A stretch of 26,646 nucleotides of DNA from a virus (Duplodnaviria > Caudoviricetes), in IMG/VR virus record IMGVR_UViG_3300031566_009901, positions 1 to 26,646 of that record; one strand, 5' to 3'. The notes beneath the pieces are model-generated. The model ran no database searches. It was not told the origin of the DNA and worked only from the letters and a program-made list of their open reading frames with translations. Shown one piece after another: positions 1 to 8,250 of the stretch (position 1 is its first letter; each line of letters opens with the position of its first letter). The position numbers and the translations under genes were made by a program.

Positions 1-2
1 CA

Positions 3-1019
3 AAAGCTTTAAGAGAAAACTTTGAATACGCATACATGATTGAATCTGGTGCTAGAGGAAGTTGGGACCAGGTTAAACAGATAATCATGACCCGAGGATT
101 TGTATCAAATTTCGACGGAGAAATTTTGCCAATACCAATCAAACATAATTTAGTCGAAGGATTATCAGAAGAAGAGTTCTTTTATTCAACATACGGATGC
201 CGAAAAGGTCTTCTTGACATTGCGCTGAATACAGGAACATCAGGATATCTTTCAAGAAAATTAATTTTTACTTGTGCTAACCTCCAAATTCATACAGAGT
301 TAGAAGATTGTGGAACTACAGATTGTTTGGAAGTATATGTGAAAACTGAAAGAAAAGCTAGAATGTTAGTCAACAAATACCAGTCAAATAAAGGAACTCT
401 TGAGTTAATCACCAAGCAAAATTACAAAGATATAATCGGAAAAACTATATGGATTCGAACTCCGATATTATGTAAATCACCCAAATTATGTCAGACTTGT
501 TATGGAGATTTACATAAAAAATTAAACAGCAGATTCGTTGGAATCATAGCTGCTCAAACTCTTGGTGAGCGTGGGACACAATTAGTTCTCAGGACATTCC
601 ATACGTCAGGTTCAGCTGTAATACAAGGACAGGACACCGAAACAGAGTCAATGAGACAAAAAGATATTATCGGTGATCTTGCATCAGTATCTCAGCTCCT
701 GCATAAGTTCAAGAATAAAACATATACAGATATAGTTTCAGAGCTATTTGAAGTATATGATAAAGATATTTACCATGTCCATTTTGAATGTGTCGTGGCT
801 CAGTTAATGTGGAAGAATCATCAAAAATGGAGATTATTAAATAATCGTCATTTAATAGCTCCGGATTATTATTCAATTCAATCTGTTCCAAACCAAGAGA
901 GTTGGATATTAGCAATGGCATTCTCAAATCCAAAGAGAAGTATTCTCCAAGGTATTCTTAACGAAGGAAAATATTCTGGTATAATGGATAAAATTTTAAA
1001 AGGGGAGTATATCGAATGA
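3..1019 (+). CDS. rpoC: Multisubunit RNA polymerase beta' subunit, C-terminal part (5'-truncated by window edge)
   Basis: Frame is open from base 3 (KALRENFEYAYMIESGARGS). Contains SGARGS, bridge helix STYGCRKGLLDIALNTGTSGYLSRKL, Zn-site cysteines (DCGT...CKSPKLCQTCYG), trigger loop AAQTLGERGTQLVLRTFH and DIYHVHFECVVAQL (cf. bacterial DKHIEVIVRQM). Confidence 0.96.
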   Translation, partial: KALRENFEYAYMIESGARGSWDQVKQIIMTRGFVSNFDGEILPIPIKHNLVEGLSEEEFFYSTYGCRKGLLDIALNTGTSGYLSRKLIFTCANLQIHTELEDCGTTDCLEVYVKTERKARMLVNKYQSNKGTLELITKQNYKDIIGKTIWIRTPILCKSPKLCQTCYGDLHKKLNSRFVGIIAAQTLGERGTQLVLRTFHTSGSAVIQGQDTETESMRQKDIIGDLASVSQLLHKFKNKTYTDIVSELFEVYDKDIYHVHFECVVAQLMWKNHQKWRLLNNRHLIAPDYYSIQSVPNQESWILAMAFSNPKRSILQGILNEGKYSGIMDKILKGEYIE

Positions 1020-1192
1020 GAGACCCCAACAGAATCAATGAAGTATTACGAATGGTATCGAAGGTCTGGTATAAACATCCAGACCTTCGATTAGGTCAGT
1101 TAATATTAAATGCCTGTTCTGAAAGCGTAGTATATTATATTGAAGACGACGTACTTTTAGAAAGTCTTAAAAAACAGTATGAGGAGGAGTAA
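1016..1192 (+). CDS. Small 58-aa phage protein (MRDPNRI...WYKHPDLRLGQL; YihD/DUF1040-like), not in ORF track
   Basis: ATGA overlap with beta' stop, GGGGAG SD upstream. Translates to MRDPNRINEVLRMVSKVWYKHPDLRLGQLILNACSESVVYYIEDDVLLESLKKQYEEE and fills the gap between the RNAP genes. Confidence 0.8.
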   Translation: MRDPNRINEVLRMVSKVWYKHPDLRLGQLILNACSESVVYYIEDDVLLESLKKQYEEE

Positions 1193-1194
1193 AT

Positions 1195-4100
1195 TTGAAC
1201 ATAATTAATCCAATCTTTAAGATTCAAAATGAAGATAAAAACATCTTCACACTTCGAGTGAATGACTACAAACAGATTTTACCCGTAACAAGACAAATAC
1301 TCCAACCTGCAATAGATTTAGGATTCCAGTTGAATGAACTGGACATAAAGGAATCAAGATTTTCGTCTGGAGAATTATCAAAGACGATAAAACAAACCCT
1401 TGCAATTAAATTGCAAAAGGGAACAGCAAATATTGATTTGAGTTTACATCTTCCTAAATTAGTTGACGATAATTATATTGTAATAAACGGGCGTAGAAAA
1501 ATCCCTTTATTTCAACTATTTGATATCCCCATTGTTACAAGAGGAGAAAATATTAAATTAAGAACCAATGTCGCAACCCTAATGATCTTCAAAGATAGAG
1601 AACAACCATTTATCAAAGTAAGTTTTTTGGGAAAAAAGGTTCCGTTATCTATCTTGATGTTTGCATATTTTGGGGTTGACGAAATGATCAAGAAATTTGA
1701 TTTAGCAAATGTCAAATTAGATGACTTAGGTAAAATCGAGTTGATGGATATATTAGTATCTGAATGTAAAATGATTTACGATGAATTAAAAACCGACACA
1801 CAGGACGATTTTATATTAGAGATAGGTCGTATGTATTCAAGATATAATTCTAAATCAAAAGGGCATGATATTGTATATGCTCTTGATTTAATTCCGCAAG
1901 TTGATATATTTACAAAAAATTTACTTCAAACAGGATCATTGTTAGACGAGTTGGTTCATACAATCGCAACAGGAGATGTAGATGATACTCTATTTATAAA
2001 TAAAAGAGTTAGATGTTTTGAATATATGATATTTGCAAAGCTTTCAAAAATTATTTTCGATATGTGCTTTTCAAACAGAACATCAAAAGCTCCAAAATTC
2101 AATATTAATTCATCTATGATATTAACAGAATGTAATGTATCAGATATTGTTCAGTTCGATTTTTCAATTAACCCAATTGAAGAATTAACCAAATTATCAA
2201 GGATAAGTCTTTTGGGTCCCGGTGGATTTAAAAGGGAAAACATTCCTAAACATTTAAGGGATATATGTCCAACAATGTTCGGTCGTATTTGTCCAGTAGA
2301 CACCCCAGACCGCGATAATTGCGGTGTTCTACAAAACCTCATCCCTAATGTCAAGTTGGATGACGAACTCCGTTTTACAAGCGATATATGCGAGAAACAA
2401 CCCATTTCAATACCTGTGTCGTTTACCCCATTCTGTGAGCATGATGATCAAACAAGATTACAAATGGCATCATCACAAATGAGGCAAGCAATCATGTTAA
2501 AAGACTTTGACCAACCGATGATTAAATCCGGGTGTGAAGGTTTATATACAAAGCATACACAATTTATCAAGTGTGCTAAAAAAGATGGTGAGGTCGTTCA
2601 CCTTGATGAAAAATATTTAATGGTTGTTTATGATGATAAAACGGTTGACATCTTTGACGTTTCATATAGAAATATTTATGTTGAACATATGGATTTAATG
2701 AAAGTTTATGTCAGTGTAGGTAGCAAATTCAAAGCTGGGGAAATATTAGCTGAAAGCAACTTTGTTCAGAATGGCGAAATCACTTTCGGCCGAAATCTTC
2801 TAACAGGAGTTATGATTTATTATGGTCATAACTATGAAGATGGAATTATCATATCCGACAGGTTAGTAAATGAAGAAACATTCACTTCAGCCCATTTCAA
2901 AGATTTATCATTTACTATTCCTCCCCATAAGGTTTTATTGACATTAACAAACGATGAATATAAACCATTACCAAGTACTCTTGATAGAGTCGCACAGGGA
3001 GATCCGTATGCAATTATGAAAACTCTATCAGCAGATGATTTATATTCAGTTTTTTCAGAAGCAACACCTTTGGAAGCAGAAAAATCTTATATCATTTCAG
3101 GTGTAAAAATATTTGCTAACGAATGGAATGGAGACATTCCAGAATATAAAGAATGGGTAGAGAAAACTATTGAAAAGCAAAAAGAAAAAGAATTAGCTCT
3201 GAGATCTATCGTTAAAGAGAAACTACCCCGAGATCAAGCTGTTAAATTCATCAGAGAGAAAGACTTAGAATTATTTTCTTTCGTAGGTAAATATAAAAAT
3301 AAGAAAGAAAGGGTTAACGGTATTTATGTTGAAATGTATGGCATTCATGTTCGATCAATCAAGGTCGGGGATAAAATTGCCAATAGACATGGAAACAAAG
3401 GAGTTATATCAAGAATATTACCACATGATAAAATGCCACAACTGCCAGATGGAAGACATCTTGATATATGCATCAATCCATTGGGTATAATCTCTCGTAT
3501 GAATATCGGTCAATTATTTGAGTTACATTTGTCAATGTCTTTATATGATCTACAACAAAACCTTCTAAAAATATTAGAAGAAGGAAGTCAAGAAGATCTT
3601 AAGTCATATCTGTTAGGATACATTGATATAATTGACAAAACAAAAGATAAATGGTATATTAAACAATTCATAGAGCAACTGCCGAAAAAAATAGATGAAG
3701 AATTTATTGAAACTCTGTCGATTATTCAGCCTCCATTTGAATCTTGTCAATTAAAAGATTTGACTCAAGCATTACAATATACAGGATCTACTTTTAAATA
3801 TAAAATATATGATCCTATTGCAAGAAAATATCTATTAAATGATATTGCAGCCGGATATCTTTATTTCTTCAGAATGGTTCATATAGCAGAAGAAAAATTA
3901 GCAGCAAGGGGAATCGGGTCATATGCGAAAAGAACCTTGCAACCATTAGGGGGTCGAAAAAACAAAGGTGGACAAAGATGTGGTGAAATGGAAACAGCAT
4001 GTATTATTGGTCATGATGCTCCAAAGAATTTATTTGAATTTCTGACAACAAAATCAGATTGTATAGATTTGAAGAACGATTACATCAGAAACTGCATTGA

Positions 4101-4215
4101 CCCGGGTAGAGTTGGTATAGAAGACTCAAAAGATTTAGACCCAATGCCTGAATCTGTTAAACTGTTGAACTCTTATCTTACAGTCTTAGGAGTTGATTAT
4201 CGTGGGAGTTCCTAA
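1195..4215 (+). CDS. rpoB: Multisubunit RNA polymerase beta subunit (unsplit, 1006 aa)
   Basis: TTG start after GAGGAGGAG. Motifs: SLLGPGG, GRICPVDTPD, HDDQTRLQMASSQMRQA, GHNYEDGI, GDKIANRHGNKGVIS, NPLGIISRMNIGQ, QPLGGRKNKGGQRCGEME, PESVKLL. Confidence 0.97.
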   Translation: MNIINPIFKIQNEDKNIFTLRVNDYKQILPVTRQILQPAIDLGFQLNELDIKESRFSSGELSKTIKQTLAIKLQKGTANIDLSLHLPKLVDDNYIVINGRRKIPLFQLFDIPIVTRGENIKLRTNVATLMIFKDREQPFIKVSFLGKKVPLSILMFAYFGVDEMIKKFDLANVKLDDLGKIELMDILVSECKMIYDELKTDTQDDFILEIGRMYSRYNSKSKGHDIVYALDLIPQVDIFTKNLLQTGSLLDELVHTIATGDVDDTLFINKRVRCFEYMIFAKLSKIIFDMCFSNRTSKAPKFNINSSMILTECNVSDIVQFDFSINPIEELTKLSRISLLGPGGFKRENIPKHLRDICPTMFGRICPVDTPDRDNCGVLQNLIPNVKLDDELRFTSDICEKQPISIPVSFTPFCEHDDQTRLQMASSQMRQAIMLKDFDQPMIKSGCEGLYTKHTQFIKCAKKDGEVVHLDEKYLMVVYDDKTVDIFDVSYRNIYVEHMDLMKVYVSVGSKFKAGEILAESNFVQNGEITFGRNLLTGVMIYYGHNYEDGIIISDRLVNEETFTSAHFKDLSFTIPPHKVLLTLTNDEYKPLPSTLDRVAQGDPYAIMKTLSADDLYSVFSEATPLEAEKSYIISGVKIFANEWNGDIPEYKEWVEKTIEKQKEKELALRSIVKEKLPRDQAVKFIREKDLELFSFVGKYKNKKERVNGIYVEMYGIHVRSIKVGDKIANRHGNKGVISRILPHDKMPQLPDGRHLDICINPLGIISRMNIGQLFELHLSMSLYDLQQNLLKILEEGSQEDLKSYLLGYIDIIDKTKDKWYIKQFIEQLPKKIDEEFIETLSIIQPPFESCQLKDLTQALQYTGSTFKYKIYDPIARKYLLNDIAAGYLYFFRMVHIAEEKLAARGIGSYAKRTLQPLGGRKNKGGQRCGEMETACIIGHDAPKNLFEFLTTKSDCIDLKNDYIRNCIDPGRVGIEDSKDLDPMPESVKLLNSYLTVLGVDYRGSS

Positions 4216-4597
4216 TGAGAAGAGGTGGGGTTGGTACGAGGCAACATCATCTTGTACCAACCTCTCAACCGATTATAAAGTTGTAACCGAGGAGGACTAT
4301 TTTCGTAGAGATAGAGAACTTTGGTATAAACAATACTATTCCGACTTTCGTTATAATTTCGGAATGAAAAAACCTCCTATTAACGATTTCTTTAAAGAGG
4401 AAATAGCTAACCGGCCAATCAAATATACCAATATAGAAGAAAAAATCGACCCCATTCAAGCTGTTAAATTCGACCCAGAAAATTTATGGAGTGAACCAAA
4501 ATGTTTGAAAACAGATATTGTCCAATCTGCAAAGCAGAAGTCACACTCAGGTATCACGTCGAAGACAAATATTTCCGTCTTGAAAAAGGAAAGATAG
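4202..4597 (+). CDS. Hypothetical protein
   Basis: ORF-track frame 4193..4597. GTG at 4202 lies 9 nt after AGGAG and is the likelier start. The 3' end overlaps the next ORF by 97 nt. Confidence 0.5.
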   Translation: MGVPNEKRWGWYEATSSCTNLSTDYKVVTEEDYFRRDRELWYKQYYSDFRYNFGMKKPPINDFFKEEIANRPIKYTNIEEKIDPIQAVKFDPENLWSEPKCLKTDIVQSAKQKSHSGITSKTNISVLKKER

Positions 4598-4749
4598 TCA
4601 GGGATGATGCCCACCAAAGGGGTTTTTGGGATACCCCCGAATTATTATTTGAGTGTTCAAATGATAGAGAACACGAAATACCAAACTATCCCAAATGGGA
4701 AGATCCTGTTAGAGAAGGATTTTATAAAGGAGCATATTATGACAGATAA
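4501..4749 (+). CDS. Small putative zinc-ribbon protein
   Basis: GGAG SD upstream; CPIC near the N-terminus and distal C...H; stop overlaps the folE2 start region. Confidence 0.65.
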   Translation: MFENRYCPICKAEVTLRYHVEDKYFRLEKGKIVRDDAHQRGFWDTPELLFECSNDREHEIPNYPKWEDPVREGFYKGAYYDR

Positions 4750-5629
4750 AGAATGCTTACCCGACATTCAATGCGATTTACCCGACATAACAATTCCTAT
4801 TAAACAGGTGGGGGTGGAAAATGTTGAGGTACCTTTTAAGTTAGAATCTAAATATGGAGGTTTTCATCAGCTGACTGCAAATGTCACAATGATGACTGAT
4901 TTAGACGAAGGCACAAAAGGGATCTCAATGTCAAGATTATTATTAACATTAAAACCTTATTTAGACTTACCTTTAAAAAGCAAATTAATAAAAGAAATCA
5001 TCTTTATGATGTTAAAAAATGTTGGAGGGTCATCGGCATTTATGAGGTTTCAATTCAGAATGCCAATTAATCGAAAATCAATTAAAACAGATAATTCATT
5101 TCCAATATACTACAAGTGTAAGTTCGAGGGACAGATTTATAAAATCAAAGATGTGCAAGAAAGCGGAGACATAAATCATCCGTCAATTGACAGATTTAGA
5201 TTCTTTCAAGGAGTAACAGTTCAATACTCATCATATTGTCCATGCTCTGCTGAATTATGTAATGCATTAGATGGAGCTGGATTTCCACATAATCAGAGAT
5301 CGTTTGCTCACATTTTAACCGAGGTAGATACAGACAAGCATTACATTTGGTTAGAGGATATAATTGATGCAGTTGAAAGTAGTATACCAACATTACCTTA
5401 TCCAATTATCAAAAGAATCGACGAACAAGAAATAGCTCGAGTTGCAGCAGAAAATCCGATGTTTGTTGAAGATGCAATAAGAATTATATCAAGTGCCGTC
5501 GATAGCATACCCGGTATTATGGATTGGATTGTGAAATGTATTCATGAGGAGTCCATCCATACTTCGGAAGCTGTAGCTGTAAACTGGAAAGGTATTGCTG
5601 GAGGATTTGATGGAAGGCGGTACATATGA
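4739..5629 (+). CDS. folE2: GTP cyclohydrolase I type B (FolE2/MptA family)
   Basis: Start reassigned to ATG 4739 (AAAGGAG SD), giving the typical LPDIQ...IKQVGV N-terminus. Motifs: KGISMSR, SYCPCS, PHNQRS, KRIDE, NPMFVEDAIR, EESIH. Confidence 0.92.
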   Translation: MTDKECLPDIQCDLPDITIPIKQVGVENVEVPFKLESKYGGFHQLTANVTMMTDLDEGTKGISMSRLLLTLKPYLDLPLKSKLIKEIIFMMLKNVGGSSAFMRFQFRMPINRKSIKTDNSFPIYYKCKFEGQIYKIKDVQESGDINHPSIDRFRFFQGVTVQYSSYCPCSAELCNALDGAGFPHNQRSFAHILTEVDTDKHYIWLEDIIDAVESSIPTLPYPIIKRIDEQEIARVAAENPMFVEDAIRIISSAVDSIPGIMDWIVKCIHEESIHTSEAVAVNWKGIAGGFDGRRYI

Positions 5630-6342
5630 TTCGAGTTTCAATCTCATACGGATTTGGGGAAGATAACCGATATAATCTTAATTATATTCCGGAAAATATA
5701 CAATGGGCATTATACAAATACGAAAGATACTCAGAAGGTAACTTGAACTTCTTAGAACGAAACAATGTGAACGTAAATGTAGTTCACCTTCCCCTAGATA
5801 CTCTAAAAAGACCACAATATGAAATAATAAAATTAATGAATAAAATACATGAAACAGTAGGAACAGAAAAGTTTGTAATCCATCCTAATAAATTAATCAC
5901 CAGTTTTATTCATTATTATATCAATGATCATGTTGGAAGTCAAACTCTTCCAAAATATAAATTATGTATTGAGAATTTTCAGTGGAGAAAAAAGAAAGAA
6001 CTAAGATCGCCTCTTGAAATATTAAAATATTGTATTGAGTATCCACAATATTTTGGACTTTGTCTTGATACATCACACACGGAAGAGATTTGGTTAGATC
6101 ACAAAATATTATATACATTACTTCCATACACCGAAGTAATTCATTTATCAAACAGAATCTATTCTGAAAGAAAACAACATATGCCATTCAATACAGGGAA
6201 GGGTGATTTGAATCTAATGGCATTTGTCAACCATTTGAAATTTATTAAATGGAATGGTGATCTTGTCCTTGAATATATGCCTGAATACACGGACAAGAAA
6301 ATTAAAAATTATCACTTTTTAAAGGAGCATTTGAATGGATAG
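5626..6342 (+). CDS. Xylose-isomerase/AP-endonuclease-2-like TIM-barrel metalloenzyme
   Basis: Ordered metal-ligand motifs VHLP, VIHP, CIENF, CLDTSH, IHLSN, HMPF..G, LVLEY; ATGA coupled to folE2. Confidence 0.75.
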   Translation: MIRVSISYGFGEDNRYNLNYIPENIQWALYKYERYSEGNLNFLERNNVNVNVVHLPLDTLKRPQYEIIKLMNKIHETVGTEKFVIHPNKLITSFIHYYINDHVGSQTLPKYKLCIENFQWRKKKELRSPLEILKYCIEYPQYFGLCLDTSHTEEIWLDHKILYTLLPYTEVIHLSNRIYSERKQHMPFNTGKGDLNLMAFVNHLKFIKWNGDLVLEYMPEYTDKKIKNYHFLKEHLNG

Positions 6343-6694
6343 AACTGAAGATGTTTGTAACTTGTACCAAAAAGAACGAGAATATCAAAAGCGTGCTCAT
6401 GGAGATTATAACAATGTTGAGAGTTTAAACTTAGGAAGCTTTCTTATATTAATTGATAATTATTTAGAAAAAGCTAAAAAAAGTTACTCCGGACCGTGGA
6501 AACAAAACCTTCCTGAATGGTTAACCAATTGTAGAGAAAATGTTTTAGAAGGTTCCGCTCCAGTTGAAGCATATGAGGAATTGATTAAAGTGTTCACCCT
6601 TGCAGGGGCAGCACTTGAAACTTACGCTGTCATTAATCTATCAGAATGGCGCAACAATATAGAAGAAGATTTGAAAAAATGGGAAAAGGAGTAA
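6335..6694 (+). CDS. Putative MazG-like all-alpha nucleotide pyrophosphohydrolase
   Basis: Helical 119 aa with EREYQ..HG and EELIKVFTLAGAALE, resembling phage MazG-like proteins; AAGGAG SD. Confidence 0.5.
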   Translation: MDRTEDVCNLYQKEREYQKRAHGDYNNVESLNLGSFLILIDNYLEKAKKSYSGPWKQNLPEWLTNCRENVLEGSAPVEAYEELIKVFTLAGAALETYAVINLSEWRNNIEEDLKKWEKE

Positions 6695-6701
6695 TAGTCC
6701 A

Positions 6702-7448
6702 ATGACTGACAATTTGAATGAAATGATCCAAGAAACACCAGCAGATGAAGGGGCACAATTCGTTCCTGAGAATCTGGAACTAGCAGAAGATCCATCGGAT
6801 GAAGTCGCTCCAATCGAACCAGAAGCTACCATTAATGAGATTGCAATCGTAACTTTGGGTGGATGGTTTGAAAAATATGGAGCAGGGTTTACGAATCTAC
6901 ATCAGGTTCGAGTCGCCATTCGTGGCGTTGACCCACTCGAAAATCTATTAATTTCAATTGATGACCCAGAGGGAGCTGAATTAGCAGATGGACAAAGAAA
7001 AAGATCATTAAAATTATTTGATGACGCTTTAATCCAACCTGTCCTTGATCTGGAACCATCGAGTATGCAAATTTATAATAATGGTTTCAGAGTTATTTAT
7101 CCAATCAACGATGATATATTTATCAAAATGTATGGAGTAAAGACCGGTCTTATTGCAATGTTTTGTTATGCCATCGGCAATGGACTTCTACCATATGCAA
7201 AATTTGTTGCAAAAAAGAGAGTAGAAACCATTGAAATTCAAACAGGCGATATTGAAAGTTACCGGCAACAATGGACACAACCTATTGATTTAGAAACTAT
7301 GCATCTGTTATATAGACAGAGTGTTAAATCCGATGCCTTTGCAACAAAAGGCGCCGCAATCAATTGGTTGTTAGATCGACAGGATGGGATTACAGACATC
7401 AATCATCACCTTGAGATTGATAAAGTGATTATGACCCTGTTGAACTAA
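6702..7448 (+). CDS. Hypothetical protein with acidic low-complexity N-terminus
   Basis: 248-aa ORF, AAGGAG SD; first ~45 aa rich in E/D/P; no family recognised. Confidence 0.8.
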   Translation: MTDNLNEMIQETPADEGAQFVPENLELAEDPSDEVAPIEPEATINEIAIVTLGGWFEKYGAGFTNLHQVRVAIRGVDPLENLLISIDDPEGAELADGQRKRSLKLFDDALIQPVLDLEPSSMQIYNNGFRVIYPINDDIFIKMYGVKTGLIAMFCYAIGNGLLPYAKFVAKKRVETIEIQTGDIESYRQQWTQPIDLETMHLLYRQSVKSDAFATKGAAINWLLDRQDGITDINHHLEIDKVIMTLLN

Positions 7449-7511
7449 CTTCTTAGCTCGGGTGGGGTTTTGCCTCCCCCGTCCACTCCTCACCCGAGTT
7501 ATAAGGAGATT
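7447..7511 (+). promoter_or_regulatory. GC-rich RNA hairpin that can occlude the SD of the downstream gene
   Basis: TAGCTCGGGTGGGG (7454-7467) pairs with CCTCACCCGAGTTA (7488-7501) around a 20-nt C-rich loop. CTTCTTA (7449-7455) can alternatively pair with TAAGGAG (7502-7508), extending the stem over the SD. Confidence 0.65.
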
Positions 7512-7513
7512 AT

Positions 7514-8242
7514 ATGAAAATCAATCCAGATTTAAACCTTGTTCTAAAAGAAATCTATGTTTATGATATTGAATCCTGTCACTATACTCTAATGAAAATG
7601 AATGGATATGATTTGGGAGGTATAGACCCAAATGATAAGGAAGCTAGAAATATTGCAATCGGTAAAATGATGCAAAAGAATCCAAGACTCACAGAGTTTC
7701 TCAGGAGTACAACAATATCATTGATAGATGAATATATAACAGCTAATGAAATTGATGACTCTGATATTGTTATTAGACAATACGATGGTTTGCTACTCAC
7801 CAAACTTCTACATAAAAATAATATACAAGAAATTCCTTTAAACCTCAGAAAAACATTTGATGTGCTCATTACGTCGATAGATAGAGATATGTATATAGCT
7901 ATTGATACAATACAACAAATTTCTATTAAAGGAATTCCTTTCAGATATCCACATATGGATAAAGTATACAAAAAAATATGTCAATTAAATTTTGCCAATA
8001 AACCCGGATTGTTTAGAGGGTTAGAAAATATAAAGAGATTCATTCTGGATTCAAATGATGTAAATTTGTTTGCAATCCCAACAAAAAATGACAAATTGAG
8101 CATTTTCTTAAGAGGATATGGAGAAATGGAAGTATCACCTGGAACAGTTAAGTTAGTCGATACGGATGAAATCGACAAGAGAAGATATTTTGATATTTAC
8201 ATTTCACCATTCACAAAAAGTATTGTTGCTCAATATGCGTAG
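7514..8242 (+). CDS. Minimal DNA-polymerase palm-like protein (242 aa, no exonuclease domain)
   Basis: YDIESCHY (motif A-like DxxS), KEARNIAIG (motif B-like KxxxNxxxG), IRQYDGLL (motif C-like Asp), and C-terminal IDKRRYF reminiscent of the PolB D..YY end. Confidence 0.55.
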   Translation: MKINPDLNLVLKEIYVYDIESCHYTLMKMNGYDLGGIDPNDKEARNIAIGKMMQKNPRLTEFLRSTTISLIDEYITANEIDDSDIVIRQYDGLLLTKLLHKNNIQEIPLNLRKTFDVLITSIDRDMYIAIDTIQQISIKGIPFRYPHMDKVYKKICQLNFANKPGLFRGLENIKRFILDSNDVNLFAIPTKNDKLSIFLRGYGEMEVSPGTVKLVDTDEIDKRRYFDIYISPFTKSIVAQYA

Positions 8243-8250
8243 GAGGTTAT

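Noticed and set aside
3-4215. Bacterial chromosomal rpoBC locus next to a prophage
   Set aside because: Gene order is reversed, subunits are much shortened, no ribosomal protein genes flank them, and gene style is continuous with the phage genes.
4604-4738. N-terminal 45-aa extension of FolE2 in the ORF track
   Set aside because: It overlaps the 4501-4749 gene; a strong SD and family-typical N-terminus point to ATG 4739.
7454-7501. Hairpin as an intrinsic terminator or tRNA
   Set aside because: No U-tract follows on either strand, the loop is 20 nt, and there is no cloverleaf or T-loop consensus.
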